NCBI GenBank assembly: GCA_965197905.1
Contig: CBDAOB010000005.1
Span: forward strand, 2,368,001 to 2,432,000
Origin: Candidatus Latescibacterota bacterium
Lineage (GTDB): Bacteria > Latescibacterota > UBA2968 > UBA8231
Reading direction: 5' to 3'
DNA length: 64,000 nt
Position 1 is the first letter of the stretch. The number at the start of each line of letters is the position of its first letter. This document shows positions 8,067-18,553 of this stretch, one piece after another. A model generated the notes under the pieces. It saw only the letters and a program-made list of their open reading frames with translations, did no database searches and was not told where the DNA came from. The position numbers and the translations under genes are program-made.

Positions 8067-9751
8067 TCTTCCTCGCACAAATCCTTGAGAACAAGCTGCA
8101 CCGCACCGTTGCCGGCAAAATTGTCCGCTTCCAGGGCGAAAGCGGCGCTCAACCGCCGCCCGGGTTCCAATTCCTTAGCCAGGTCGCCCCTGTTCCACCA
8201 CAAAGCGGTGTAGGATGCGCCTCCGGCTTCGAACTCCATCTTGAGATGGATCCCCTGCCGTCCGATCCGCTTGCGCGAGGTCAACTGCAGATCGCGGGCA
8301 GCGAAAATCGGGGCTTCGTGACCGTTGCCGAACGGCTCCAGTCGCTCCAACTCGCGCAGTGTGCCGGAGGTTATGTCCTCAGGACGCAGCACGAGATCGA
8401 CCTTCAAATGCCTTTCCAGGTCGGCAGCGTTGAGTTCTGAATTGACCCGGTCGAGAAGCTCGACGCGAAACGCTTCGAACTCGTCCGCCTGCATCGAAAA
8501 ACCTGCTGCCGCGGCGTGTCCTCCGTAGGTCAGCAGGTGGTGGGAGCAGCGGCTGATGGCAAGGCTGATGTCGTAGCCGGGAATACTGCGGGCCGACCCG
8601 GTGTACGTCCCATCGCCGCGCGCGTCGGTGCAGGCGATGGCCGGTCGTCCATGGCGATCGGCCAGCTTGCCAGCCAGCAATCCCACTATTCCCAGATGCC
8701 AGCTCTCACCGAGGAGAATGATGATATGGTCGGTCTCTAGGTCTGCGGCGGCGAGAAGATCTTCTGCTTCGCCCAGCCCCTCACGCTGCAGCTGCTGCCG
8801 CTGGGCATTCATCTCATTCAATTCCTCCGCCAGCAGCGCCGCCTCGCTGTCGCGATCGCATCGCAGGAGCTGCAACGCCTTGTCCGGAGAAGCCAGCCGG
8901 CCTGCCACGTTTATTCGGGGACCGAGATAGAAACCGATCGCCGTAGCGGTTATGGGACCTTCCCCGCAGCCTGCCGCTTCTCGAAGGTGGCGAAGACCTG
9001 GGCGCTGTGTGGTTTCCAGGATCTCGAATCCCCGCCGTATCAACGCCCGGTTTTCCCCCAACACCGGCATTACATCGGCGACGGTGCCCAGAGCAACCAG
9101 ATCCAGCAGTCCATTCAGGTACCGGCGCCGGTCCCCGGACGGCTCGACCCGCTCGGACAACGCCTGCACCAGCTTGAAGGTGACCCCGACGCCAGCAAGC
9201 CCCTTGAACGGATAAGGGCAGTCCACTCGATTCGGATTGATGACGCTGTGGGCGGCAGGCAGTGCGTCGAGCTGTTGGTGGTGGTCCACAACGATCACAT
9301 CCACGCCTGCGTTGGTCGCCTCGTCTATCGCCTCGAAGGCGGAGATTCCATTGTCTACGGTGACGATGACATGGGCCCCCTTTTCGAATGCCCTGCGGAC
9401 GCCGCCGGGCTTGAGACCGTACCCGTCCTGGTGCCGGTCCGGCAAGACGTAGTCGACAGAGGCGTCGACCTCTGTTAGGTAATCGAGGAGAAGCGCCGTG
9501 CTCGTCACTCCATCCACGTCGTAGTCACCAAACACGACGATCTTGTCGCGCTTCCTGATGGCCTTTTCAAGGCGATCAACAGCACGCTCGAGATCTGTCA
9601 ACAGTGATGGTGAATGCAGGGACTCCGGCCCCACAGCCAGGTCGTCCAACGTCAGTGAACGGCCGGCCAGAAGCGCTTCTACGACGGAATCGTAGTCACC
9701 TTCGTGTAGTACATCCCATACGGGAAAGGAACGAATCAACGTGGTCTTCAC
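8063..9751 (-). CDS. recJ: single-stranded DNA exonuclease RecJ
   Basis: GDYDVDGVTS, TVDNGI, VDHH, ALGTVADV, PRINVAGR, GSARS, GGHAAAAG, LEPFGNG. Confidence 0.95.
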   Translation of the reverse strand: MKTTLIRSFPVWDVLHEGDYDSVVEALLAGRSLTLDDLAVGPESLHSPSLLTDLERAVDRLEKAIRKRDKIVVFGDYDVDGVTSTALLLDYLTEVDASVDYVLPDRHQDGYGLKPGGVRRAFEKGAHVIVTVDNGISAFEAIDEATNAGVDVIVVDHHQQLDALPAAHSVINPNRVDCPYPFKGLAGVGVTFKLVQALSERVEPSGDRRRYLNGLLDLVALGTVADVMPVLGENRALIRRGFEILETTQRPGLRHLREAAGCGEGPITATAIGFYLGPRINVAGRLASPDKALQLLRCDRDSEAALLAEELNEMNAQRQQLQREGLGEAEDLLAAADLETDHIIILLGESWHLGIVGLLAGKLADRHGRPAIACTDARGDGTYTGSARSIPGYDISLAISRCSHHLLTYGGHAAAAGFSMQADEFEAFRVELLDRVNSELNAADLERHLKVDLVLRPEDITSGTLRELERLEPFGNGHEAPIFAARDLQLTSRKRIGRQGIHLKMEFEAGGASYTALWWNRGDLAKELEPGRRLSAAFALEADNFAGNGAVQLVLKDLCEED

Positions 9752-9789
9752 GATGCTGCGGAGGGATTTGCTTCGGCCTCGATCCGGGG

Positions 9790-9819
9790 AATATAGACCG
9801 CCATTCGGAGGGGCGTCAA
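9790..9819 (-). promoter_or_regulatory. sigma70-type promoter of the recJ operon
   Basis: TTGACG-N18-TATATT on the minus strand. Confidence 0.55.
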
Positions 9820-9916
9820 GAGGCGGAAGTCACAATTGCTCAATGGTTTGAGTTGCTTAGATTAAAAGGGCGGTGGCGGCGATCGATCGGCGCGAATTGA
9901 ACCCGCGAGACCTGTA

Positions 9917-11206
9917 TTGATGGCCGCGATTCTGGTAGTTCGGTTCGATGCGTTACCCCGGAGAGATCGATTGTCGAGATCCACATTCCGTTCCATCTTG
10001 CCCTTTCTGCTTTTTGCTCAACCTGCTTTCGCCGGCGCCAATGCCGGTGTAGAGATCGAGGTTTCGCCGTTGAGCCCGCCCTGCCAGCAGGAGGGGGGCG
10101 ATACCATCGAGTTTCTGGTCACGGCCCGCGGCATGCAGGACGTTCGCCAAATCAAGCTCGACCTCCGGTGGCAACCGCAAGGTGCGATAGACAGCGTTCG
10201 GGTCGAGCTGCCCGAATCAGCTCAGAGTGCGGGACTGATCGCGCCGTTCCCTGCCGAGGTGGAGCCGGGCGCCGCCGCTCTCGGACTGGCTACCTTTGGA
10301 GACGGTGTAAGTGGCGAAGCAGATCTGATTCGGTTCACGTTGCTCCTTGCCTCCCATGTTACCGCACAGACGAGGATGGATGTCTGGATTGATGAGGTTT
10401 CAATGGGGCCCTCCTCCACCGAGCGCGACAACCTGAATCCCCTGGGAACCGAGCTGCTTGCGAACTACTGCGACGATAGACACCAGATCCTCGAGCACGC
10501 CCTTCTGCTCGATCCCGATGCACAAAGCCTCCCCTACTCCTCACCTCAGCGCTCCCCGATTCTCGATCAGAGCGCAGGAGAGGCTGAGGTGCTCGTCCGC
10601 CTGCTTGACGGTGGCAGCTTGGTGCCAGGAACGATGATGCGGTGGGCCGTCGTCAATTCGGGTGTGAGTCAGGTGAACATCTTCGAAGGGATTGTTAACG
10701 CGCCCGTGCCACCAGGCTTCGGCCGCAGCTACACCACCACAGCGGACCACCGCGGCAGGAGCGCTCTGGTATTCGACGTGGGCGCGCCGACGAGCGGCGA
10801 ACCGACGACGGTGGAGATTTTTGTCTGCGCCGAATCGTCGGAGGGAGAGCGATGTGCCGTCGGCAGAATCGAGTGGACGACGAGGGTGACGGCCATCGCC
10901 GGCACCGATGCCGTTAACTCGAACATCCTCCTGCTTGAACCGAATTACCCCAACCCCTTTAATGGGCAGACCCAAATACGGTTCCATGTTCCCGAGAATG
11001 CGAACGACAAGATCACCCTTGGTATTTTTAACAGTGTGGGGCAGCGCGTGAGGCTGCTCGTGGACGGCCCGCTTTCTCCGGGTGTGACCGAGAAGTCGTG
11101 GAATGGCCGCGACCAGAGTGGAAAAGAGATGGCCAGTGGCGTCTACTTCGCGGTTCTCAGAGCGGGGCTCTCCGTTCGCAGCGCCTCGTTCACGCTGTTG
11201 CGTTAG
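9917..11206 (+). CDS. secreted protein with C-terminal FlgD-Ig / T9SS-type-A-like sorting domain
   Basis: Signal peptide (...AQPAFAG). C-terminal LEPNYPNPFN...IFNSVGQRVRLL...WNGRD..G..MASGVYF. Start uncertain. Confidence 0.7.
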   Translation: MMAAILVVRFDALPRRDRLSRSTFRSILPFLLFAQPAFAGANAGVEIEVSPLSPPCQQEGGDTIEFLVTARGMQDVRQIKLDLRWQPQGAIDSVRVELPESAQSAGLIAPFPAEVEPGAAALGLATFGDGVSGEADLIRFTLLLASHVTAQTRMDVWIDEVSMGPSSTERDNLNPLGTELLANYCDDRHQILEHALLLDPDAQSLPYSSPQRSPILDQSAGEAEVLVRLLDGGSLVPGTMMRWAVVNSGVSQVNIFEGIVNAPVPPGFGRSYTTTADHRGRSALVFDVGAPTSGEPTTVEIFVCAESSEGERCAVGRIEWTTRVTAIAGTDAVNSNILLLEPNYPNPFNGQTQIRFHVPENANDKITLGIFNSVGQRVRLLVDGPLSPGVTEKSWNGRDQSGKEMASGVYFAVLRAGLSVRSASFTLLR

Positions 11207-11213
11207 TCCCTGC

Positions 11214-12542
11214 ATGTTCTCCATCGATCCGGCCCGCGAGACCGCGGTACATTTCCTCTCCCAAGTGGACGGCGGCACCGCACGCCTGGACCAACTGTCG
11301 GCAGCAGCCGCACGTGAATCTTTGGAAACCAGAGACTGCAACTTCGTGCGCCAGCTGGTGTATGGCACGTTGCGCTTCCGCCACCGCCTCGATTGGATCG
11401 TGGATCAGTTTGCCCGCCGTCCCCTGTCCACCTGCTCCAACCTGCTGCAGCAGATTCTTCGCGTCGGCGCTTTTCAAATCTGCTTTCTCGATCGCACGCC
11501 GGCGCACGCCGCGGTGGACACAGCGGTATCCATGGCAAAGCGGCATGTGAGCCGCGGCAGTGGCGGAATGGTGAACGCGGTTCTCCGCCGGGTCGGGGAC
11601 AACCGGGACCGCTTCAACTATCCTCCCAAGGAAACTGACCTCCTCGGCTTCCTGGAAACCTTTCACTCGCATCCTCGGTGGCTGGTCGAGCGTTGGGTCC
11701 AACGTTGGGGTGCGGAAATAGCGGAAGCGACGATGGCGATCAACAACAGCCCCTCCGCCACTACGATTCGCCCCAACCGATTGCGCACAGACCGGGACGG
11801 TCTGCTCGAACGACTTCGCGATGGAGGGATCGAGGTGGAACCATGCGGCCCGTTGGATAGTTTTCTGCGCGTTCACTCGGGAGAAGAGCTTTTCAGGTCG
11901 AGCGCGTTTGCCGAGGGATTGTTCCAGGTACAGGACCCCAACGCGGCGATCCCCGTTGCGTTGCTGGATCCCCAACCGGGAGAGTCGGTGCTCGACGGCT
12001 GCAGCGCTCCAGGTGGCAAAGCGACTCAAATCGCGGAGGCGATGAACGATCGCGGGTTGGTAGTCGCGCTGGATTTCCATCCGGGGCGCTTGCGGAGAGT
12101 ACGTGAGAACATCGAACGCTTGGGTCTGACCTGCCTGCGGCCGGTGGCTCAGGATATCGCCCACCTTGAGGGCAGTTTCGATCGGGTGCTGGCAGATGTA
12201 CCCTGCACTGGAACCGGCGTGCTCGGCCGCCGGCCGGATATGCGGTGGCGACGGCGCCCGGATGATCTGGGCGCCATGGCTGCGACTCAGCTCTCTATTC
12301 TTTCCCACGCCTTTGCGAATCTCAAGCCGGGAGGTGTTCTGACCTACAGCACCTGCAGCCTCGAGCCGGAGGAGAACGATTTGCTCGTCGAGAGATTCCT
12401 GGCATCTGAGCCTCGGGGTCGGCTGGAATCCGCCTGTGCTGCCTTCCCTCAATCGGCCTGGGCAGGTAGATACGTAGAGACCATCCCGGGGCGCGATGGC
12501 GGCGACGGCTGTTTCGCGGCGCGCATCCGCCGCCTGGCATGA
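11214..12542 (+). CDS. rsmB: 16S rRNA m5C967 methyltransferase RsmB
   Basis: NusB-like N-terminus (LVYGTLR, VNAVLR), HSHPRW, QVQD, DGCSAPGGK, DVPCTGTG, YSTCSLEPEEN. Confidence 0.93.
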   Translation: MFSIDPARETAVHFLSQVDGGTARLDQLSAAAARESLETRDCNFVRQLVYGTLRFRHRLDWIVDQFARRPLSTCSNLLQQILRVGAFQICFLDRTPAHAAVDTAVSMAKRHVSRGSGGMVNAVLRRVGDNRDRFNYPPKETDLLGFLETFHSHPRWLVERWVQRWGAEIAEATMAINNSPSATTIRPNRLRTDRDGLLERLRDGGIEVEPCGPLDSFLRVHSGEELFRSSAFAEGLFQVQDPNAAIPVALLDPQPGESVLDGCSAPGGKATQIAEAMNDRGLVVALDFHPGRLRRVRENIERLGLTCLRPVAQDIAHLEGSFDRVLADVPCTGTGVLGRRPDMRWRRRPDDLGAMAATQLSILSHAFANLKPGGVLTYSTCSLEPEENDLLVERFLASEPRGRLESACAAFPQSAWAGRYVETIPGRDGGDGCFAARIRRLA

Positions 12543-13336
12543 TGCGCCGATTTCTTCGCAAGATCTTGTTTTTAGTCCTCGTGGCGACCTCCACTCTGGT
12601 TGCGATCGTGGCTTTTATAGACTTGGTGATCATGCCCTATCTGGTGGATGTGCCTCGGGTGAAGTCGCCCGACCTGCGGGGCCTGGCGTTAACGCGGGCA
12701 AAAGGACGCCTGCACGCGCTGGGACTTCGTCTAAGCATTCGCGACAGCAGCTATCACGAGAGCGTTGCCGCGGGGGCGGTCCTGTACCAATCCCCCGACG
12801 CTGGCGTCAGCGTGAAGAAGGGAAGGCGAATCTCGGTGGATGTGAGCATGGGACCGCGGTTTTATGCCGTCCCCGATGTGCGTAGCGTCAGCCTGCGAGA
12901 AGCCCAACTTCAACTGGAGCATGCACAGCTGCGGCTCGGCGAGGTGATCTTTGTCTCGTCCGAGTCGATACCCGGTGGGGCGGTCATAAAACAGGTCCCT
13001 CAACACGGGATCGAGCTGCCGCGGCACAGCGTGGTCGACCTGGAAATCAGCAGCGGATCCCCCGGCCAACCCAAGCGCGTTCCCAATCTGGGTGGTCTGT
13101 CCATCGAAGTTGTCGAAGACACCTTGCGCAAATATGAGATGCGCTTGGGAACCATAAGAAGCAGCATCGACAACGCCGTACCACCCGGACACATTCTAGA
13201 CCAGGATCCACGAGCCGGTGAGCGAGTTGCGCGACTGAGCGCAATAAACCTCGTCCTCAGCGTCGTTGGTAGCACCGCGTCCGGCAACGACACAACCATC
13301 GCCGATCCATTATTGGAGCCGGACCTTGACCTCTGA
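12539..13336 (+). CDS. membrane-anchored PASTA-domain protein (about 3 repeats)
   Basis: N-terminal TM; repeats PDLRG/VPDVRS/VPNLGG ... GxV/I-Q-x-P. Confidence 0.85.
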   Translation: MMRRFLRKILFLVLVATSTLVAIVAFIDLVIMPYLVDVPRVKSPDLRGLALTRAKGRLHALGLRLSIRDSSYHESVAAGAVLYQSPDAGVSVKKGRRISVDVSMGPRFYAVPDVRSVSLREAQLQLEHAQLRLGEVIFVSSESIPGGAVIKQVPQHGIELPRHSVVDLEISSGSPGQPKRVPNLGGLSIEVVEDTLRKYEMRLGTIRSSIDNAVPPGHILDQDPRAGERVARLSAINLVLSVVGSTASGNDTTIADPLLEPDLDL

Positions 13337-13979
13337 GATCCAGATCGCCCCATCGATTCTAGCTGCCGACTTTGGTCGCCTCACTGAGGAGATCAAGGAA
13401 GTTGAACGCGCCGGCGCCGATCTCCTCCACCTCGACATAATGGATGGCTGTTTCGTGCCGAACTTGAGCTTCGGTATCCCGGTTGTAGAGGCGATCCGCC
13501 GGGCGACATCCCTATTCCTGGACACCCATCTGATGTTGGCCGATCCGGGGAAGTACCTGGCGCCGTTCCGCGACGCCGGGGCTGACTCTCTGACCTTTCA
13601 CATCGAGGGCTGCCCCGATCCGCGCCACCTCGCCGACAAGGTTCACCGGTTGGGCGCAGAATGCGGGGTCGCCGTCAACCCGGGAACGGCGGTGGAATCG
13701 CTCTTTGAGGCTCTAGGAGATCTGGATCTCGCCCTGGTCATGTCGGTCGAGCCGGGATTCGGCGGGCAGAGTTTCATGGACAGCTCTCTTCCCAAGATTT
13801 CGGCTCTGCGGAGGCGGGCGGACGCGGAACGGCTAGCTCTCAAGGTAGAGGTAGACGGAGGCGTCACCTCCGCCAACGCCGCTTCCTGCCGCGCCGCTGG
13901 CGCCGACATCCTGGTCGCTGGTTCATCGGTCTTCGGCGCAGAGAATCGAACCGCGGCGATCGTGGAGCTCCGGGGCTGA
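13326..13979 (+). CDS. rpe: ribulose-phosphate 3-epimerase
   Basis: IAPSILAADF, HLDIMDG.FVPNLSFG, DTHLM, VMSVEPGFGGQ, EVDGGV, LVAGSSVF; TTG start. Confidence 0.95.
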   Translation: MTSEIQIAPSILAADFGRLTEEIKEVERAGADLLHLDIMDGCFVPNLSFGIPVVEAIRRATSLFLDTHLMLADPGKYLAPFRDAGADSLTFHIEGCPDPRHLADKVHRLGAECGVAVNPGTAVESLFEALGDLDLALVMSVEPGFGGQSFMDSSLPKISALRRRADAERLALKVEVDGGVTSANAASCRAAGADILVAGSSVFGAENRTAAIVELRG

Positions 13980-14010
13980 ATTTCAACCCGTTTCCCCACT
14001 CCCACCTCTG

Positions 14011-14039
14011 TTGCCCGATACCCTATATAAATCTATATT
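14011..14039 (+). promoter_or_regulatory. promoter of the ffh-rpsP-rimM-trmD-rplS operon
   Basis: TTGCCC-N17-TATATT. Confidence 0.5.
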
Positions 14040-14082
14040 AAGACGTTTCTTTCGAAATCTTTAGCGGCAAGAGAAGACAACG

Positions 14083-15408
14083 ATGTTTGAACGTCTGACA
14101 GAACGATTCGAATCCATATTCAAAACCCTCAGAGGTCAGGGTCGAATATCCGAGCGCAACGTCGAGGAAACCTTGCGCGAGATTCGCCGTTCTCTGCTGG
14201 AAGCGGACGTTAATTTTCAGGTCGCCAAGAGTTTCGTGCGCAGGGTTAAAGAGCGAGCCATGGGCCATGAGGTGCTACAGAGTCTTACGCCGGGTCAGCA
14301 GCTCATCAAGATCGTGCATGACGAGATGATTGCGCTCTTGGGGGGTGACAACCAACCGTTGAAGATGGCCGACAGACCACCCACCGTTATCATGCTTGTA
14401 GGTCTGCAGGGATGTGGCAAAACTACCGTAGCGGGAAAACTCGCTCGGCGGTTCAAGGAACAGGGCCGCATGCCGCAGCTGGTGGCGGCGGATGTCTACC
14501 GGCCTGCGGCCATCGACCAGTTGCAGAGCTTGGGACAGCAGCTCGAGGTTCCGGTGTATACCGACGATTCAGCCGATCCGACAAAGATCTGCCTGGCGGG
14601 ATTGCGAGAGGCGGTGGAATCCAACCGCAGTGTCCTGATCGTGGACACGGCCGGTCGACTCAGCATCGACGAGGAAATGATGGATGAGCTCGTCGCCCTC
14701 CGCGATTCGATCACCCCGCATGAAATCCTTTTCGTGGCGGACAGCATGCTGGGGCAAGATGCCGTGGAGACGGCGACCCGCTTTTACGAACGGCTTGCGT
14801 TTACCGGTTGTATCCTGACCAAGCTGGATGGGGATGCGCGCGGCGGTGCCGCCTTGTCCATACTGGAAGTCACTGGACAGCCGATCAAATTCATCGGTAC
14901 GGGAGAAAAGCTGGAGGCGCTCGAGACCTTTCATCCCGATCGCATGGCTTCTAGAATACTCGGGATGGGAGACATCGTGTCGTTTGTTGAGAAAGCCGAA
15001 CAGGCATTCGAGCATGACAGGGCGCAGGAAATGGACGAGCGCCTGAGAAGGGAGGCGTTTACCTTCGAAGATTTTCTCGAACAGATCGGGGTCATCAAAC
15101 AGATGGGGCCGCTGGATCAGCTGGTGGGCATGCTGCCCGGAGCAGGCAACGCCCTCAAGGGGGTGCAACTGGGGGACGACGCCTTCAACCAGGCCGAGGC
15201 GATCATCAATTCAATGACCCCACAGGAGCGGGGCATGCCACAGCTCCTCAACGGCAGCCGCCGGAAGCGAATCGCCCGCGGCAGTGGCACCGCCATTCAG
15301 GACGTCAATCGCCTGATCAAGCAGTTTCAAATGATGCAGAAGATGTTCAAGCAGATGCACCGCGCAAAACCGGGCAGAAATAAATTCAGTCTTCCGTTCA
15401 TGAATTGA
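14083..15408 (+). CDS. ffh: signal recognition particle protein Ffh
   Basis: LLEADV, GLQGCGKTT, DVYRPAA, DTAGR, TKLDGDARGGAALS, M domain SMTPQER...SRRKRIARGSG. Confidence 0.97.
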   Translation: MFERLTERFESIFKTLRGQGRISERNVEETLREIRRSLLEADVNFQVAKSFVRRVKERAMGHEVLQSLTPGQQLIKIVHDEMIALLGGDNQPLKMADRPPTVIMLVGLQGCGKTTVAGKLARRFKEQGRMPQLVAADVYRPAAIDQLQSLGQQLEVPVYTDDSADPTKICLAGLREAVESNRSVLIVDTAGRLSIDEEMMDELVALRDSITPHEILFVADSMLGQDAVETATRFYERLAFTGCILTKLDGDARGGAALSILEVTGQPIKFIGTGEKLEALETFHPDRMASRILGMGDIVSFVEKAEQAFEHDRAQEMDERLRREAFTFEDFLEQIGVIKQMGPLDQLVGMLPGAGNALKGVQLGDDAFNQAEAIINSMTPQERGMPQLLNGSRRKRIARGSGTAIQDVNRLIKQFQMMQKMFKQMHRAKPGRNKFSLPFMN

Positions 15409-15440
15409 TTTAACGACACCCAAAAGGAGGAGACCCACCT

Positions 15441-15950
15441 TTGGTAAAACTTCGATTGAGTAGAATGGGCAAGAAAAAGAGGCCCTTTTATCGCATTGTG
15501 GCTATGAATCTCAAGGCGCCACAACAAGGCCACGCGCTGGCACAAGTCGGCATTTACGATCCCATTAGCTCGCAAGTGCGGATCGACGAGGAAAAAGCAT
15601 TGCTGTGGTTGAAGCGGGGCGCGGTTATGACCAACACCGTAAGAGCCCTTTTCGACAGCCAGGGAGTCCTCGCGCGTTGGAAGGGGTTGGAACCGCGCAT
15701 CCGCGAGGACGCCCTTACCCAGGACAAGCCGAAACGACGTCGCAAGTTAGCCGCCGCCGCACAACAGGCAGATAGCAAGGCAACCGACGAGGGCGCTGAA
15801 GCCGCTGCGGTCGCGGAAACCGATGAGGGAGTCGTCGAAGAGGTTGCAGAAGAGACGCCAGAACCTGCGGCCGTTGATACCGAGGACCCGGCGGCGGAAT
15901 CTGCAGAAGAGCCTGCGGAAGCTCCGGCCGCAACCGAAGGCGACGAGTAA
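15441..15950 (+). CDS. rpsP: 30S ribosomal protein S16 with acidic C-terminal extension
   Basis: MVKLRLSRMGKKKRPFYRIVA...GIYDP...WLKRGA; conserved operon position. Confidence 0.95.
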   Translation: MVKLRLSRMGKKKRPFYRIVAMNLKAPQQGHALAQVGIYDPISSQVRIDEEKALLWLKRGAVMTNTVRALFDSQGVLARWKGLEPRIREDALTQDKPKRRRKLAAAAQQADSKATDEGAEAAAVAETDEGVVEEVAEETPEPAAVDTEDPAAESAEEPAEAPAATEGDE

Positions 15951-15964
15951 CGATCTCCTTTCCC

Positions 15965-16495
15965 ATGGCACCGGATGTGTCAGAGCGCATCGCCGTCGCC
16001 TTCGTTACGAGGGCGAAAGGGGTCCGTGGCGAAGTCTTCGCGGAAACGTTGAGCCATTGTGCGGAGCGGTTTGGGGCGCTGTCCCGGATCGTATTACAGT
16101 CCGATGGAGCGCCCGACCAAGTGATGCAGATCGAGCACTGGCGACCGGAGGGGCGAGGAATCATCCTCAAGTTCCGCGGCGTCGACAGCCCGGAACAGGC
16201 TCGCGAGGTCGCCACGAAACGGTACGTTACCGTAGCCCCGGACGAGGTGGCCGAGCTCCCGGAGGGAATGCATTACATATCCGAAGTGGTCGGTTGCCGG
16301 GTGGAGAACGAGGAGGGCGAATACCTGGGCCGCGTCGCCGACGTATTACAGGCGCCCTCCACCGACGCCTATCGGGTGCAGAACGGCGATCGCGAGTTTT
16401 TGATACCTGCGGTTGAGCATTTCATCGTCGAGATGGCAGTGGAAGAAGGTCGCATCGTCGTGCGCGGCATTGAGGAACTGCTGGAGCTGCAATGA
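15965..16495 (+). CDS. rimM: ribosome maturation factor RimM
   Basis: RAKGVRGEV, LKFRGVDS, ELPEG.HYISEVVG, LIPAV; synteny. Confidence 0.92.
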   Translation: MAPDVSERIAVAFVTRAKGVRGEVFAETLSHCAERFGALSRIVLQSDGAPDQVMQIEHWRPEGRGIILKFRGVDSPEQAREVATKRYVTVAPDEVAELPEGMHYISEVVGCRVENEEGEYLGRVADVLQAPSTDAYRVQNGDREFLIPAVEHFIVEMAVEEGRIVVRGIEELLELQ

Positions 16496-17238
16496 AAATC
16501 GACATACTCACGATTTTTCCTGACTTCTTCGAATCGCCGCTGCAATCCAGCATGCTGCACCGGGCCCAACAATCCGACCTGGTGTCGGTGGAGACCCACG
16601 ATCTGCGGCACTTCGCCGGGGACAAACACAAGACGGTCGACGACGCACCGTACGGCGGCGGCGGCGGCATGGTTTTCAAGGCCGAACCCGTCGCGTGCGC
16701 CTGGGACCGCTTGAGCCTGGCCGCCGGGCACGCGATCTATCTAACTGCTGACGGCGACCCGCTGACTCAGGATCTGGCCGTCGAGTTGTCGCTCGAGGAC
16801 CACCTTGTTTTGCTCTGCGGCCACTACAAAGGGATCGACGAGCGCATCAGGACCCATCTCATCGATCGCGAGGTTTCCATAGGAGATTACGTGCTCACCG
16901 GCGGAGAGCCAGCTGCAATGGTCGTGATCGACGCAGTCGTCAGGCTCATCCCCGGCGTGTTGGGGAACTTCAGCTCGGCGCTGGAAGATTCTTTTCACGA
17001 GGTCGTGTTGGATTGTCCGTGGTACACCCGTCCCGAGAGCTTTCGAGGAGAGAGGGTCCCGTCCGTCTTGCTCAGCGGCGACCACGGCGAGGTAGACCGT
17101 TGGCGCCGACGTCAAGCTCTATGGAGAACCTTTGAGCGGCGCCCCGATCTCCTCGACGGAGTTGATCTGGACGCCGACGAAAGAGATTTGATATCAGAGT
17201 GGTCGAAGCAAACGAAAGTAGGAGACAATGGACACTAG
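16492..17238 (+). CDS. trmD: tRNA (guanine37-N1)-methyltransferase TrmD
   Basis: [48 protein letters not shown]. Confidence 0.97.
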   Translation: MKIDILTIFPDFFESPLQSSMLHRAQQSDLVSVETHDLRHFAGDKHKTVDDAPYGGGGGMVFKAEPVACAWDRLSLAAGHAIYLTADGDPLTQDLAVELSLEDHLVLLCGHYKGIDERIRTHLIDREVSIGDYVLTGGEPAAMVVIDAVVRLIPGVLGNFSSALEDSFHEVVLDCPWYTRPESFRGERVPSVLLSGDHGEVDRWRRRQALWRTFERRPDLLDGVDLDADERDLISEWSKQTKVGDNGH

Positions 17239-17575
17239 CATCCTGCGGGAATTGACAGCAGACCAGCTCAGATCCGACCTGCCCGAATTTGGGGCCGGCG
17301 ACACCCTTCGCGTTCACGTTCGCGTCGTCGAAGGAGAAAAGGAGAGAGTGCAGGTCTTCGAGGGGATCGTGATTCAGCGCAAGGGGAGCGGAGTACACGA
17401 ATCCGTCACCGTGCGCAAGGTGACCCAAGGCGTGGCGGTAGAGCGGATATTTCCCGTTCACTCACCGCGAATCGCCAACATAGAGAACCTGCGCCGTGGC
17501 AAGGTGCGACGGGCACGCCTTTTTTACATGCGCTCCCGTAAGGGTAAGGCCGCGCGCATCAAGGAAAAACGTTGA
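17228..17575 (+). CDS. rplS: 50S ribosomal protein L19
   Basis: [46 protein letters not shown]. Confidence 0.97.
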   Translation: MDTSILRELTADQLRSDLPEFGAGDTLRVHVRVVEGEKERVQVFEGIVIQRKGSGVHESVTVRKVTQGVAVERIFPVHSPRIANIENLRRGKVRRARLFYMRSRKGKAARIKEKR

Positions 17576-17577
17576 TC

Positions 17578-17796
17578 ATGGCGGCGGAGAGCGTACGGCA
17601 ACTGCCCTTTTCGCGCAGAAACTGGAGGCTGTTCTTCCTCGGCGTGGGGTCGATAGTCCTCGGGTACCTCGTGTTGAGTATCCCGCCGGCCACGGGGTTC
17701 TTGTCTTTGACGTTGGCTCCGGCGCTCCTTGTTGGTGGTTATTGCATCCTGATCCCACTCTCCATTCTTCTCAGAGATGCGGACTCGTCCGCCTGA
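17578..17796 (+). CDS. small two-TM membrane protein (DUF3098-like)
   Basis: LPFSRRNWRLFFLGVGSIVLGY...LTLAPALLVGGY..LIPLSIL. Confidence 0.65.
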   Translation: MAAESVRQLPFSRRNWRLFFLGVGSIVLGYLVLSIPPATGFLSLTLAPALLVGGYCILIPLSILLRDADSSA

Positions 17797-17813
17797 ATTG
17801 AAATCCGGACATC

Positions 17814-18463
17814 ATGAAGATCCTCATTGCGGAGGACGACGGCACCTCCCGCCTCCTTCTTGAGACAACGCTCAAGAAGTGGGGTCACGCGAAGTGGTGT
17901 CGACACGAGACGGCGACGAAGCGTGGGCGGCGATAAGGCAAGAAGACGCTCCCCAGTTGGCGATACTGGACTGGATGATGCCTGAGATAGACGGGCTGGA
18001 GCTTTGCCAGCGGATCCGGAATGATTCGGGTTTGAGGGGCACTTACGTAATCATGTTGACCGCCCGCGACAGCTCAGCCGACCTGGTAGAAGGGCTCGAA
18101 GCCGGTGCCGACGACTATGCCACCAAGCCGGTTGTCCGCAAGGAATTGCAAGCGCGGATCGAGGTTGGCAAACGCATCTTGCGGTTACAGTCGGAACTGG
18201 CGAATCGGGTGAAGGAGCTAGAGGAATCGATAGCTCGCGAAAAACACCTGCAGGGCCTGCTGCCGATCTGTTCATACTGCAAGAAGGTGCGAGACGACGG
18301 CAACTACTGGCAGCAGGTGGAGGCCTACATCGAAACCCGGGCGGACGTTGCGTTTAGCCACAGCATCTGCCCCGATTGCTACGAGAATGTCGTACGACCC
18401 GAGATCGCCGAGTTTGAGGCCCAATACCGTCCCCCGAGCTCAGGAGCCGACCGTTCCGACTGA
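17814..18463 (+). pseudogene. response regulator (REC + C-terminal CxxC..SHSIC module) with an apparent 2-nt insertion frameshift
   Basis: ATG 17814 gives MKILIAEDDGTSRLLLETTLKKWGH. After the extra GC at 17889-17890 another frame continues EVVSTRDGDEAW...LDWMMPEIDG...GADDYATKP...LLPICSYCKKVRDD...SHSICPDC. Confidence 0.7.
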
Positions 18464-18553
18464 GCCCGGCTGACAGGTTGATACTGCCCAACCTCTCGGT
18501 TTTTTGCTGGTGTCGGCCCGGATCATGCGATTGCCCCCGAAACTCCATCGCCT

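Noticed and set aside
11190..12452. 420-aa - strand ORF
   Set aside because: Antisense shadow of rsmB.
15750..15950. Acidic Ala/Glu-rich tail on S16 as a novelty
   Set aside because: Extended S16 tails are common in several phyla.
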